Notes: generated by a model from the sequence alone, not told the origin. A stretch of 64,000 nucleotides of DNA from an uncultured cyanobacterium (GCA_963793425.1 CAWCAG010000009.1:160001-224000), one strand, 5' to 3'; shown: positions 41,257-52,470, counted from the stretch's first letter. Translations and numbers: made by a program.

Positions 41257-41679
41257 TCATTGACCAGGCGGTAATAAATAGAAAGGAAAAACTATACTCC
41301 GTAAATCATAGTTTTCTTTTGTATGATATCGAATAGTAATATCGAGACGACCTTCTGTGGGGTCTGGTTCTGTATATACTCCATCTATGGTAATGCGAGG
41401 TTCCCATCTTTCTAAAGCTTCTCGAACATAAAGACGCACCATCAACAGAGTTTGGGTGTTCATGGGTGCAAAGACTAGTTCTGATAAGCGAGAACCAAAA
41501 TCTGGGCGATAGACCCTTTCTCCGAACCTTGTACCCAGGATAATTCTGATGGACTCCTCAATATTTTGATTTTGACCGCTAAGGGTTAAATTTCCCTGTA
41601 CGTTCATACTTAGGGGAAAAGAAAATCCCTTGCCGACAAAGTTATCTGAGTTTTGTTGATTTTCGTCGTTTTCCGCCAT
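41257..41679 (-). CDS. GPW/gp25 baseplate protein
   Basis: GKGFSFP, IILGTRFGERVYRPDFGS, WEPRI, VFPFYL motifs. Confidence 0.95.
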   Translation of the reverse strand: MAENDENQQNSDNFVGKGFSFPLSMNVQGNLTLSGQNQNIEESIRIILGTRFGERVYRPDFGSRLSELVFAPMNTQTLLMVRLYVREALERWEPRITIDGVYTEPDPTEGRLDITIRYHTKENYDLRSIVFPFYLLPPGQ

Positions 41680-41821
41680 TTTTTACCAATTACCACTAGG
41701 GAGCCAGGGGAAGAGCGCCTCTTTATTATGCCCCTATTGTTACCAAGATTTTTTCCTTCCTATCAATCTACTCAAATCCTCACAACTTAAATATTCTCCA
41801 AAAGTCGATACTCTCCGCCAA

Positions 41822-41863
41822 TTAGCAACTAGCAACTAGCAACTAGCAACTAGCCATTAGCAA
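41822..41863. repeat. Heptameric STRR (AGCAACT)n
   Basis: Read directly; abuts the photolyase stop codon. Confidence 0.85.
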
Positions 41864-43291
41864 TTACCCCTTTTGTTCTTTATAAATACTCTTAAAAATT
41901 CTTTGTTGCTTTTTATGTTCCACAATTGGGGCAGGATAATCACAATATTCTCTTTCTGAAGCAGGAATTTTACCTGTTACTAAATACTCTGGATCTAAAG
42001 AACTTAATTCCGTTACCCAGAAGCGAATATATTCTCCTTCAGGATCATATTTTTGTGTTTGACTGGCGGGGTTAAAAATTCTTAAAGGTTTCGGGTCCAT
42101 ACCACTAGAAGCACTCCACTGCCAACCACCATTATTAGCGGAAAGATCCCAATCATAAAGTTTTTGGGCAAAGTATTTTTCTCCCCAACGCCAGTCGATA
42201 ATTAAATCTTTAGTTAAAAAACTAGCCACAATCATACGACAACGGTTGTGCATCCAACCTGTTTCGTTTAATTGCCGCATCGCTGCATCGACGATGGGAT
42301 AACCGGTTTTTCCCTCACACCAAGCCTGAAAGTATTCTTCGTTATTATCCCAAGGAAAATACTCAAAGGTATCGCGATAAGGCCCTTCGGCTAACTCAGG
42401 AAAGAAATACATAACGTGTTGATAAAACTCTCGCCAAGCCAACTCTTTTTGCCAGGTTTCAATATTGCGTCTGCTTTCATCACTGCGACTAAGGTTGTAG
42501 GCATTAGCCGCAGTTTGCCAAACTTCCCGAATGCCAATAGCCCCAAACTTCAATGCCGCACTTAACATCGAAGTTCCATCAGTGGCAGGAAAATCCCGTT
42601 GTTCTTGATAGTCATTTAAGGCGCGATGGCTAAATTCGGCTAATCTATCTTTGGCAGCAGTTTCTCCTGGTTGCAAAGGAAGAGGATTTTCCCAAACAAA
42701 ACCCAAATCTTTGGCACTAGGAAGATTAATTGCTCCTAGTTCTTCTAAATCAGATTTTTCCTGTTTTGTCAACCCTTCCAGGTTAGCTAAAGTCTTTGTG
42801 ACTTCTGCCTTTTCTTGACTGTACCAATTCTTCCAAAAAGGACTATAAACCTTATAAGGATCTCCTCCTTTCGTCCTCACCTCTCCAGGGGCATGAAGAA
42901 GTTGATCCCAACTATTATGGGCCGCAATACCTTTTTCTTCTAAGGCTTCAGTAACCTTGGAATCGCGCCTTTTAGCATAGGGTTCCACATCCTGATTCCA
43001 GAATACAGCTTTGGAGTTGAGGGTAGTAGCTAATTGAGGAATAACCTGAACAGGATCACCTTTAAATATCAGTAATCGCCCCCCAGCTTCTTGATAGCGT
43101 TGCTGTAACTCTCGCAAGCAACCAATCAGATAAGTTACCCTAGCCGGAGCAACATCATCCCCTTCTAAGATACCAGGGTCAAGACAGAAAACCCCTACTA
43201 CGTTTGAACTTTGTTGACGGGCAGCCGCCAGCCCGACATTATCAGAAATACGTAAGTCGCGGCGATGCCAAAAGATGACGGACATAAGCAA
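41864..43291 (-). CDS. phrA: Class I CPD photolyase
   Basis: WHRRDLRISDN, WREFY, TGYPIVDAAMRQL, WMHNRCRM, NNGGWQW motifs. Confidence 0.93.
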   Translation of the reverse strand: MLMSVIFWHRRDLRISDNVGLAAARQQSSNVVGVFCLDPGILEGDDVAPARVTYLIGCLRELQQRYQEAGGRLLIFKGDPVQVIPQLATTLNSKAVFWNQDVEPYAKRRDSKVTEALEEKGIAAHNSWDQLLHAPGEVRTKGGDPYKVYSPFWKNWYSQEKAEVTKTLANLEGLTKQEKSDLEELGAINLPSAKDLGFVWENPLPLQPGETAAKDRLAEFSHRALNDYQEQRDFPATDGTSMLSAALKFGAIGIREVWQTAANAYNLSRSDESRRNIETWQKELAWREFYQHVMYFFPELAEGPYRDTFEYFPWDNNEEYFQAWCEGKTGYPIVDAAMRQLNETGWMHNRCRMIVASFLTKDLIIDWRWGEKYFAQKLYDWDLSANNGGWQWSASSGMDPKPLRIFNPASQTQKYDPEGEYIRFWVTELSSLDPEYLVTGKIPASEREYCDYPAPIVEHKKQQRIFKSIYKEQKG

Positions 43292-43353
43292 AATTTTCTT
43301 GCAAGTTGTTGAAAGTGTATTCTACATTTTAGGAAGATTATTTAGAGGAGGTA

Positions 43354-43728
43354 GTGATTTTGCAGCATTCGCAGAATTTACTAAATGTCAAGAAGCGAGA
43401 GGCAGCTACTACTGTTGGACGTGGCAAATCTGTCAAACTTGATCAGCAACTTACTTTCTCTACCTGGAATAATGAAAGTGTCTCTTTAAATCTTGGTGAC
43501 AGTCTTGAACATTACGATGGCTGGGAAAAGCCTACAATAATAGTTTCTGACGGTGGTTACGGTCTTTTGGGCTTTGAAGGAGATACATCAAACCATCTCG
43601 ATTTACCTGAGTGGTATGAACCCCATATTCAAGCTTGGTCAAAATTCGCCTTACCTAGTACAACCCTTTGGTTTTGGAATTCAGAAATCGGCTGGGCTGT
43701 GATACATCCCATACTAGAGAAATATTGA
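43354..43728 (+). pseudogene. N4/N6 DNA methyltransferase, 5' fragment
   Basis: LGDSL...IIVSDGGYG (DPPY-like motif IV); stops before any FxGxG motif. Confidence 0.7.
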
Positions 43729-43760
43729 TCAGACTTATTTCTTTTACGGAGTGAAAAGAT

Positions 43761-44061
43761 TCAATCAAGTAGCTTATCAACACTCTCTTCTTTAATACCA
43801 AGATGTTTTCTTAAAGTGGATTTAATTAACTCGTTTTTACGACTAGCTAAAAGCTTATTCCATTGACTAACTTTCATACCAGAAAAATCTATTTCATAGA
43901 CACGTTTTTTGAAATTTTCAATTTCTGGATGTCTAATTCTATCTAGCTTGGCAAAATTAGTATCCAATCTGTACTTAAACCTTGTAATAAGTTCTCAAAG
44001 TATCCCCAGATAAATCAGCCAGATATTGAGATGCAAGCCTAATTACATCCTGTGTGTTCAT
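43761..44061 (-). pseudogene. Probable cognate restriction endonuclease, internally deleted
   Basis: MNTQDVIRLASQYLADLSGDT joined out of frame to ELITRFKYRLDTNFAKLDRI...; convergent with the MTase. Function inferred from context. Confidence 0.5.
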
Positions 44062-44143
44062 GTTTTTTGATTATAAAAGGACTATAAACCTTGTAAGTCC
44101 TCCTTCAAGTGTATTTTTATTTTAGAATGCTATATGAATACTT

Positions 44144-44363
44144 TTAACTACGGAATTCCTGGGTTGGTAGAATCTCAAACTTCTCGAATTTCTGTAAGGG
44201 CCGCTCTTCAATAACCACTTTCTCAACTTGTGCCGCCGTTGATCCTTGATGAAACCACTGCACAATTTTGTCAACTTGCAGGCGATCGCCTTCTACCATA
44301 GCTTCTACACGACCGTCAGCCAAGTTACGAACCCAACCCTTTAAACCCAATGCCTGAGCTTTC
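44144..44363 (-). pseudogene. Acylphosphatase, 5'-truncated
   Basis: LGLKGWVRNLADGRVE present; N-terminal GxVQGVxFR loop absent. Confidence 0.8.
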
Positions 44364-44480
44364 AAAATTGAAAGATTGGCTGTATTAAAAGAAGCTAGGG
44401 GGCAAGGCATTGGTACAAAGTTAATGGCAAAAGCCTTGACTTTCCTGAGTGAACAAGGCTACGAAGAAGTAATTATCAGT
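44361..44480 (+). pseudogene. GNAT acetyltransferase internal fragment
   Basis: FKIERLAVLKEARGQGIGTKLMAKAL acetyl-CoA-binding motif. Confidence 0.75.
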
Positions 44481-44787
44481 CCTACATATAGAAAAAATAG
44501 CTCAAAAAGCTACCTGCACTAATTGCGGTGCAATAACTGAAAAACTCCATCAGAATAATCAGCTAACGATTAGAGATTTACCTTGGGCAACTCAACCAGT
44601 GTATCTCAAAATTAATCGTCGCCAAATGAGATGCTCGCAATGTGGCAAGAAATTTAATGAATTAGACTTGAGCGAAGAGCAAAAGATTAAATTGAACCAA
44701 GTCAATAAAGTCTCACCTCTTCTGGGTAAAATGCACAGATTAAAAGAGGAATTTAGAAATATATTTGAACAGAGCCAAGACTGGAAA
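44481..44787 (+). mobile_element. ISL3-family transposase remnant with internal deletion
   Basis: CTNCG..LHQN..IRDLPW..VYLKINRRQMRCSQCGKKFNE zinc finger joined to MHRLKEEFRNIFE. Confidence 0.8.
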
Positions 44788-44901
44788 GCTATGTACCTCA
44801 TGTGGCTTAGAATTGCTATAACTAAACTCAAAGCTATAGCTAGCTTTGAGTTTAAAGGAGGCGAAAACCCTTTGTGAATAGGTACTCATTCCTCTATTAA
44901 C

Positions 44902-46410
44902 CTAACTTAAAACAACTTCCTTCTCCTCAACTGTTTCATGTTTCAAGGTTTTAAATAACTCAAACAAACGATCAGCCCAATACTGAACATCGTATTTAGT
45001 CACAGTTTGATACATCTTAGCCATCCCCTGCTGCTGTTCCTCAATGGGCATTGCTAGGGCGCGATTAATTGCTTCATCCATGCGATCAATGGAGTAAGGG
45101 TTAGTCAAAATTGCCTCTGGTAACTCTACTGCTGCCCCCACAAACTCCGACAGAACTAAAACCCCATCTTCCCCCTCATGGGTAACAATATACTCTTTAG
45201 CTACTAAATTAAGACCATCTCTTAAGGGAGTTGTCCAGCAAATATCTGCTGCCCGGTAATAACAAATTAATTCTGAGTAGGGAATAGGCTGGGTGAAAAG
45301 TAAAATTGGTGTCCAATTCAGTCGTGCAAAGCGGCCATTGATTTCCCCAGCTAATTGTTCAATTTGGCTTTGTGCCGTTTTATAAACTCGCATTCCCGCA
45401 GCCGCAGAAACACAAGTCATCACAAAGTTAATTTTACCATGTAAGTCAGGGCGACGTTCCAATAAACGGCTGTAGGCTTCTAACATCTCCCGATTACCTT
45501 TCACATAGTCTACACGACCCGCAGCAATAATGAGCTTGCGTCCATTCAACTCTTCTTTAATTTGGGACAGACGTGCTTGGGTTTTGCTTTGATGCAACAC
45601 CGACAAAATTTGCTGAGGATTTGTCCCCACAGGAAAAGCATCAACGTTAACTAACTGACCTTTATAACGAAGTTGAGTAGTTACTTCTGGTTCAGCTAAT
45701 GCTGTCCCTACAGGAGTCATATGTCCTGATACTGCCTCTTTTTTAACTACTTCTACTTCTCGCAAACTTCTGGCAATGCGGATAAAGTTTTGTGAATAGC
45801 GGGGAATGTGGAAACCAACAATATCACAGCAAAGTAAGCTATCGACAATCTGTTCTCGCCAAGGTAAAATGTTGAAAATATCCACCGAGGGAAAGGGGGT
45901 GTGGTGGAAAAAAGCAATGCGGGCATCGGGCTTAAGCTGGCGGATGTAGTGGGGAACTAACCAGAGATTGTAGTCATGTACCCAAATTAAAGCATCATCT
46001 GCTGCTTCTTCGCAGGCTGCTTCAGCAAAAAGGCGGTTGATGGTTTGAAAGTTTTCCCAGTCGGAAGATTCGTAGGTGAAGTGCCAGGGAAATGAGTGTA
46101 GGATTGGCCAGAAGGCTTCTTTGGAGGTAATATGATAGAAGTCCTTTACCTGTTCTGCATTCAACGGTATGCGTCTAACAGCGTAGTCACCATCATCTTC
46201 AACGGTAACTCGCTCTTGGAAATCCTCTTTTTGCTCCTCATCTAATTGTTTCCAAGCAATCCAAGTTCCCTGATTGACAGTAGCAAAAAAACTCTTTAAA
46301 GTTGGTACAATGCCATTAGGACTTTTTTTAGCTCGATAATGTATTTGTCCATTTTCTAGCACCTCATCATAGGGTTCACGATGGTAGAGAATGACAAGTG
46401 AAGATTTCAT
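44902..46410 (-). CDS. ggpS: Glucosylglycerol-phosphate synthase
   Basis: GT20: YHREPY, SPNGIVPTL, WVHDYNLW, FFHHTPFP, RDGLNLVAKE. Confidence 0.92.
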   Translation of the reverse strand: MKSSLVILYHREPYDEVLENGQIHYRAKKSPNGIVPTLKSFFATVNQGTWIAWKQLDEEQKEDFQERVTVEDDGDYAVRRIPLNAEQVKDFYHITSKEAFWPILHSFPWHFTYESSDWENFQTINRLFAEAACEEAADDALIWVHDYNLWLVPHYIRQLKPDARIAFFHHTPFPSVDIFNILPWREQIVDSLLCCDIVGFHIPRYSQNFIRIARSLREVEVVKKEAVSGHMTPVGTALAEPEVTTQLRYKGQLVNVDAFPVGTNPQQILSVLHQSKTQARLSQIKEELNGRKLIIAAGRVDYVKGNREMLEAYSRLLERRPDLHGKINFVMTCVSAAAGMRVYKTAQSQIEQLAGEINGRFARLNWTPILLFTQPIPYSELICYYRAADICWTTPLRDGLNLVAKEYIVTHEGEDGVLVLSEFVGAAVELPEAILTNPYSIDRMDEAINRALAMPIEEQQQGMAKMYQTVTKYDVQYWADRLFELFKTLKHETVEEKEVVLS

Positions 46411-46469
46411 ATTATTTCTGTTGGTTTCTTGTTTGCGTTAATATTGTTGTGGTCAGTTAACTTACGGCG

Positions 46470-47226
46470 CTAACGACCATTAAGATACTTGCCATAGGTC
46501 TTTAAGCCGTCCCAAATTCCCGCAGTACCTTCATGGGGACTATGATAGACGTTATCCATAGTTTTGATCTTTTCTACGAGTTTGGGTTCGGCATTGCCGA
46601 CAGCAATACTCTTTAAACCTGTTTCAAATAGAGATAGATCATTGAGGGTATCGCCGGCAGGAATGACATTATCTGCATTGAGATGCAAAGCTTCAATGAA
46701 TTTGAGTAGGGTTGGTCCTTTGGAAATTCCCTTGGGCATCACATCCAGATAAATATCAGCCGAAAGAATACAGTCAAAGCCAGCCTGAGTGATTTTTTCT
46801 ACAGTGCTGGGCTGAAGTTCTTCTGGCTTATAATAATAAGAGACACGGCGTTCTGTCTTAACTGGTTGTAATTCAATACCTGGTTCTTGAGCCAACATCT
46901 CCTTAATTTTCTCGTTGGCATTCACCCCAAATCCTAGCTACCCAATCTTGTACCTGGGGCAAGGGTTTCAAGGTTTTGCCTTCAACAATGGTAGTTCCTA
47001 CATCACCAATAATATAGTCTGGGTGAGGGAAGTTAGGTTTTTGGCACAGTTGTTGAATAAAGTCTAAGTCCCTTCCAGTGACAAAAACCAAGAGTAAATC
47101 ATCTCGGTTATTTTGTAAGTATTCATAAAAATCACTACGCTGTTGGTCAGAACCGCCTAAAAATGTACCATCTAAATCAGTGGCTAGGACGAGAGAGTGG
47201 TTAGGATTCATCTTATCATTTATCAT
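46470..47226 (-). CDS. HAD-IIB phosphatase (GgpPS N-domain/SPP-like), split by a 1-nt frameshift near 46922
   Basis: ATDLDGT, VTGR, KG, GDTLND spread over two ORFs; removing one base gives WGDANEKIK. Confidence 0.8.
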
Positions 47227-47393
47227 TTATCATTAAATATTTATCATTGCCACTCAATTGCTACGTTAGCATGAAGTCGCTTTTTATCAAATTACCTTCC
47301 CCAGATAATTGGTCAAAACCGTAGGGCAAAAAACAATGTACCTCATGCTGATGGGAATTACTTTAACTTTTAACTTTTGACTTTTAACTTGTT

Positions 47394-50300
47394 ATGCCCT
47401 TTGCCTCTCTTATTCGCAACCTCGAACGTTCTCCTTTAACCGCAGAATTGCTGTCGAAACTAAAAAAAGAGCGATCCCTCTTTTTAAATGGTATTCCTCG
47501 TTTGCCTAAAGGGTTAGTTGCTTCAGCTTTAGCATTTGCACAAGAGAAACATCTTTTGGTGGTTTGTGCAACCTTAGAAGAAGCTGGGCGCATGGCGACT
47601 CAATTAGAGGCAATGGGTTGGCAGACGGTAAATTTTTATCCCACCTCAGAAGCATCTCCCTACGAAGCTTTTAACCTTGAATCAGAAATGATTTGGGGAC
47701 AGATGCAAGTTCTTTCAGTGCTGATGACAAAACCAGATCAGAATATGGCGATTGTGGCAACGGAACGATCATTACAACCCCATTTACCTCCCCTAGAAGC
47801 TTTGCAGGATTACTATGTTAATTTGCAAGGGGGAACTAGTTATGAAACCAAAGCTTTAGAACGCCAGTTAGTTAAGTTGGGTTATGAACGAGTCTCTTTA
47901 GTAGAAACAGAGGGGCAGTGGAGTCGGCGCGGGGATTTGGTGGATGTTTTTCCTGTTTCGGCGGAACTACCTGTGCGTTTAGAGTGGTTTGGAGATGAGT
48001 TGGAGAAGATTCGGGAATTTGATCCTGTTACCCAACGTTCCCTTGATGTTATTGGACAGTTATTATTAACTCCAACTAGTTTTGCCCCCATTATTGCTGC
48101 GGAGTTGGGGGCAAGGGCAGATTTTCTAGCTTATCTTAACAGTGAAGAACAAGAAGCTTTAAATGAAGGAATTTTACCCAAGGGAATGCAGCGTTTTTTG
48201 GGGTTAGCTTATCATCCCCCAGCTTCTTTGCTAGATTATTTACCCACAGATACCTTAATCGCTTTTGATGAAATAGAACAATGTCGCGCCCATAGCGATC
48301 GCTGGGTGGAACACGCCGAAGAGATGAGGACTGAAAGCGATGTACCCAGGATTCATCGTTCCTTAGCTGAGTCTATCACCATTGCCCAAAAGTTTCCTAT
48401 TCTTTATTTATCAGAACTTGTCGAAGCTGATAGCGAGGGTTTAGATTTATCTAGTCGCCCCCTCCCGGTGACTCCCCACCAGTTTGGTAAATTAGCGGAT
48501 ATTCTCCGGGGTAAGAAAGAAATTTATAGCGGCATCACCTTAGATAAATATGACACCTGGTTAATTTCCGCCCAACCTTCTCGTTCTGTTGCCCTATTGC
48601 AAGAACATGACTGCCCTGCCCAGTTTGTTCCTAACCCCCGTGATTACCCTGCCATAGAAAGGTTGCATACTCAACATACTGCTGTGGCTTTGAAATATTC
48701 CGGTTTAGCAGAATTAGAAGGATTCGCTTTACCCACCTTCCGCCTTGCCCTTGTCACCGATAAAGAATTTTTTGGGCAACATAGTTTAGGAACCGCCAGT
48801 TATGTCCGTAAGCGTCGGCGGGCTGCTTCTAAACAAGTAGACTTAAACAAGCTACGCCCTGGGGATTATGTGGTGCATAAAAACCACGGTGTTGGTAAAT
48901 TCCTGAAGTTGGAAGCCTTAGCCAGCAGAGATTATTTAGTAATTCAGTATGCCGACGGTTTATTAAGGGTTCCTGCTGATAGCATCGAAGCACTTTCCCG
49001 CTTACCTCGTGGGAAAAATCCCCCAGAATTGAATAAAATGACGGGGAAGGTTTGGCACAAAATCAGAAACCGCGCCCGCAAAGCGATTAGAAAATTAGCG
49101 GTAGATTTGTTGGGTTTATATGCTAAGCGATCCCAACTCGAAGGCTATGCCTACCCCCCTGATTCTCCTTGGCAAGAAGAATTAGAAGACTCTTTCCCTT
49201 ACCAACCAACCCCGGATCAACTTAAGGCCGTACAGGATGTCAAAAGAGATTTAGAAAGCGATCGCCCCATGGATCGTTTAGTTTGTGGGGATGTGGGTTT
49301 TGGTAAAACCGAAGTGGCAATTCGGGCTATTTTCAAGGTAGTTACCGCCGGTAACAAACAAGTCGCCTTCCTCGCCCCCACCACCATTCTTACCCAGCAA
49401 CATTATCATACCCTCAAAGAAAGATTTGCCCCCTATCCCATTAATATTGGGTTATTAAACCGTTTCCGCAGCGCCTCAGAAAAGAAAGATATCCTGCAAC
49501 GTCTGGCGACAGGGGAATTAGATGTGGTGGTAGGAACCCAACAGCTTTTAGGTAAGAACGTTAAGTTCAAAAATTTAGGTATGTTGGTGGTAGATGAAGA
49601 ACAACGTTTTGGGGTTAATCAAAAAGAGAAAATTAAATCCTTAAAAACCCAAGTAGATGTACTCACCCTCACCGCAACCCCCATCCCCCGCACCCTCTAT
49701 ATGTCCCTCTCTGGCATCCGGGAAATGAGTCTCATTACTACTCCCCCTCCCTCACGCCGCCCCATTAAAACCCACCTTTCCTCCTATAACCCAGAAGCAA
49801 TTAGAACAGCGATTCGTAATGAATTAGATCGGGGGGGGCAGGTATTTTATGTAGTTCCTAGGGTAGAAGGTATTGAAGAACTAGCAGGGAGAATTAGGGA
49901 AATGGTTCCCAGCGCAAGAATTGCGATCGCCCACGGGCAAATGCCAGAAGCAGAGTTAGAAGTTACCATGCTAACTTTCAACAACGGTGATGCAGATATC
50001 TTAGTTTGCACTACCATCATTGAATCCGGCTTGGATATCCCCAGAGTTAATACTATTATTGTCGAAGATGCCCAAAAATTTGGTCTTTCTCAACTCTACC
50101 AATTACGGGGTAGGGTAGGGCGGGCAGGTATACAAGCCCATGCTTGGTTATTTTACCCCAAGAAAAACCAACTCTCCGAATCTGCCCGCAAGCGTTTACG
50201 AGCCTTACAAGAGTATACCCAACTAGGTTCTGGCTACCAACTAGCAATGCGGGATATGGAAATACGAGGTGTGGGTAGCTTATTGGGGGCAGAACAATCT

Positions 50301-50858
50301 GGGCAAATGAATATCGTCGGTTTTGATGCTTATATGGGGATGTTAACTGAAGCAATCCAAGAAATTCAAGGGCAAGAAATTCCCCAAGTAGAAGATACGC
50401 AAATCGACTTACAACTTACTGCTTTTATTCCTGCTGAATACATCGGTGATATCGAACAAAAAATGGTTGCTTACCGTACCCTTGCTACTGCTGATAGTCA
50501 AGAAGAGTTAGCGCAAATTGCCGCAGATTGGAGCGATCGCTACGGTGCAATTCCCCCAGCCGCCCAACAATTAGTTAGAATTATGGCTTTAAAACAAGTT
50601 GCCAAGTCTTTAGGTTTTTCTCGCATCAAACCAGAAGGTAAGCAACATATTATTTTGGAGACACCCATGGCAGAACCAGCATGGAAGTTATTAAAAGAAA
50701 ATCTACCTCAACATCTCCAATCTCGATTTGTTTATCAACAAAATAAAGTTGTGGTCAGAGGTTTAGGAGTGGCTAAACCAGCTAAACAGTTGGAGGATTT
50801 AATTGATTGGTTAGGTAAGATGCAAGGGGCTTTGCCGGAAGTTGTTATTGATAAGTAA
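47394..50858 (+). CDS. mfd: Transcription-repair coupling factor
   Basis: [29 protein letters not shown]-terminus. Confidence 0.98.
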   Translation: MPFASLIRNLERSPLTAELLSKLKKERSLFLNGIPRLPKGLVASALAFAQEKHLLVVCATLEEAGRMATQLEAMGWQTVNFYPTSEASPYEAFNLESEMIWGQMQVLSVLMTKPDQNMAIVATERSLQPHLPPLEALQDYYVNLQGGTSYETKALERQLVKLGYERVSLVETEGQWSRRGDLVDVFPVSAELPVRLEWFGDELEKIREFDPVTQRSLDVIGQLLLTPTSFAPIIAAELGARADFLAYLNSEEQEALNEGILPKGMQRFLGLAYHPPASLLDYLPTDTLIAFDEIEQCRAHSDRWVEHAEEMRTESDVPRIHRSLAESITIAQKFPILYLSELVEADSEGLDLSSRPLPVTPHQFGKLADILRGKKEIYSGITLDKYDTWLISAQPSRSVALLQEHDCPAQFVPNPRDYPAIERLHTQHTAVALKYSGLAELEGFALPTFRLALVTDKEFFGQHSLGTASYVRKRRRAASKQVDLNKLRPGDYVVHKNHGVGKFLKLEALASRDYLVIQYADGLLRVPADSIEALSRLPRGKNPPELNKMTGKVWHKIRNRARKAIRKLAVDLLGLYAKRSQLEGYAYPPDSPWQEELEDSFPYQPTPDQLKAVQDVKRDLESDRPMDRLVCGDVGFGKTEVAIRAIFKVVTAGNKQVAFLAPTTILTQQHYHTLKERFAPYPINIGLLNRFRSASEKKDILQRLATGELDVVVGTQQLLGKNVKFKNLGMLVVDEEQRFGVNQKEKIKSLKTQVDVLTLTATPIPRTLYMSLSGIREMSLITTPPPSRRPIKTHLSSYNPEAIRTAIRNELDRGGQVFYVVPRVEGIEELAGRIREMVPSARIAIAHGQMPEAELEVTMLTFNNGDADILVCTTIIESGLDIPRVNTIIVEDAQKFGLSQLYQLRGRVGRAGIQAHAWLFYPKKNQLSESARKRLRALQEYTQLGSGYQLAMRDMEIRGVGSLLGAEQSGQMNIVGFDAYMGMLTEAIQEIQGQEIPQVEDTQIDLQLTAFIPAEYIGDIEQKMVAYRTLATADSQEELAQIAADWSDRYGAIPPAAQQLVRIMALKQVAKSLGFSRIKPEGKQHIILETPMAEPAWKLLKENLPQHLQSRFVYQQNKVVVRGLGVAKPAKQLEDLIDWLGKMQGALPEVVIDK

Positions 50859-50940
50859 TAAGTAATAAGTAATAAGTAATAAGTAATAAGTAATAAGTAA
50901 TAAGTAATAAGTAATAAGTAATAAGTAATAAGTAATAAGT
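50852..50940. repeat. Perfect STRR (TAAGTAA) about 12.5 copies
   Basis: Read directly; includes the mfd stop codon. Confidence 0.95.
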
Positions 50941-50941
50941 T

Positions 50942-52246
50942 TTGAGTTTTTCTGTGCTGGATCTAGATAAATATTGTTTGAGGGATGCTCGTATTCCTTT
51001 GTCACTGTTGCCAAGGGAAATAGCTGGGGGAACAGGAATAGAGGAAGGAGATTTTTGTTTAGTTGATTTAGTTGTTGAAAAAGGTGCGATCGCAGCTATT
51101 ACCCCTACTTCTCAAACTGTTGGTGATCTGCCTATTTATAACTTAAATAAAGGTATTGTACTACCCTGCTTTGTTGATCTTCATACTCATTTAGATAAAG
51201 GGCATATTTGGGCAAGAACTCCTAATCCTGATGGGACATTTAATAGTGCTGTTAGTGCTGCACAAATTGATGCTGAGAAATATTGGCAAGCAGAAGATGT
51301 TTATCGACGTATGGAGTTTAGCTTAAAGTGTAGTTATGTTCATGGCACGAAAGCAATTCGGACTCATATTGATTGTTTTGGTAAGCAAGGAGAAATTAGT
51401 TTAGCGGTCTTTCAAACCTTACAAAAAGAGTGGCAACATAAACTTATTCTTCAACCTGTTTCTTTAGTAACCCTAGATTATTATCAAACCCCCCCAGGCA
51501 TGAAGCTTGCTGATAAAATTGCTGAGATGGGAGGGATTTTAGGAGGAGTTGCTTATGTAAACCCGCAGTTAAAAGAACAACTTGATATTTTATTTACCTT
51601 AGCTAAAGAAAGGAGTCTGGATCTAGATTTACATACAGATGAAAACGATGATCCTAACTCCAACTGTTTACATCAAGTAGCAGAAATAGCCCTTAAACAT
51701 AACTTTCCTAACCAAATAGTTTGCGGACACTGTTGTAGTTTAGCTGTACAAAATGAGGCTGTTGTTCAAGCAACTTTAGACCTAGTTAAGAAAGCTAAAA
51801 TCGGGATAGTTAGCTTACCTTTATGCAACCTTTATTTGCAAGACAGACAGCAAAATAAAACTCCCTTTTGGCGCGGCATCACCAGCGTTAAAGAAATTAA
51901 TCACCATCATATTCCCCTCACCTTCGCTAGCGACAATTGCCGTGATTCTTTCTTTGCTTTCGGGGATCTTGATGTCTTAGAAGTGTTTAACCAAGCAGTC
52001 AGAATTGCTCAGTTAGATATCCCCTACGGTAATAGCATTGATACTGTGACAAAAACTGCTGCTGATTTAATGAAGTTACCCCAACTAGGAAGAATCAAAG
52101 TAGGATTGCCAGCAGATTTAATCTTATTTAAAGCTCGTAACTACAATGAATTACTAGCCCGTTCTCAACACGACAGAATAGTGTTGCGTCAAGGTAAAGC
52201 CACTACTGCAACCTTGCCTGATTATGAGGAATTAGATGATTTGTAG
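50942..52246 (+). CDS. codA: Cytosine-deaminase-like amidohydrolase
   Basis: DLHTHLDK, RTHID, DLHTDE, GHCCSL, SDN motifs. Confidence 0.8.
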   Translation: MSFSVLDLDKYCLRDARIPLSLLPREIAGGTGIEEGDFCLVDLVVEKGAIAAITPTSQTVGDLPIYNLNKGIVLPCFVDLHTHLDKGHIWARTPNPDGTFNSAVSAAQIDAEKYWQAEDVYRRMEFSLKCSYVHGTKAIRTHIDCFGKQGEISLAVFQTLQKEWQHKLILQPVSLVTLDYYQTPPGMKLADKIAEMGGILGGVAYVNPQLKEQLDILFTLAKERSLDLDLHTDENDDPNSNCLHQVAEIALKHNFPNQIVCGHCCSLAVQNEAVVQATLDLVKKAKIGIVSLPLCNLYLQDRQQNKTPFWRGITSVKEINHHHIPLTFASDNCRDSFFAFGDLDVLEVFNQAVRIAQLDIPYGNSIDTVTKTAADLMKLPQLGRIKVGLPADLILFKARNYNELLARSQHDRIVLRQGKATTATLPDYEELDDL

Positions 52247-52470
52247 CTAAGAATTATTGAAGTACTTTATTGAAACTTGAAATCACTTCTTGTTTGTTAA
52301 GAATTTAATCGCATCTTGACGAATTTACCATTCTGTGGAAAGAGTGCCTGATGCGTCTTCGCTTATTTCTCGCAGTCACCCCAGCTCCCCAGCTCCCCAG
52401 CTCCCATCAGCTAGAAAATATCCTTCAGCACACCGCAAATTGCTATAAGTGAATAGAAGATGATCATAAC

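Noticed and set aside
32247..41679. Prophage
   Set aside because: No capsid, terminase, portal, integrase or lysis genes; content fits a CIS.
44144..44410. Intact 88-aa acylphosphatase
   Set aside because: The N-terminal residues are antisense GNAT sequence and the phosphate-binding loop is missing.
50811..51014. ORF with LLITYY repeats
   Set aside because: It is the translation of the heptamer STRR.
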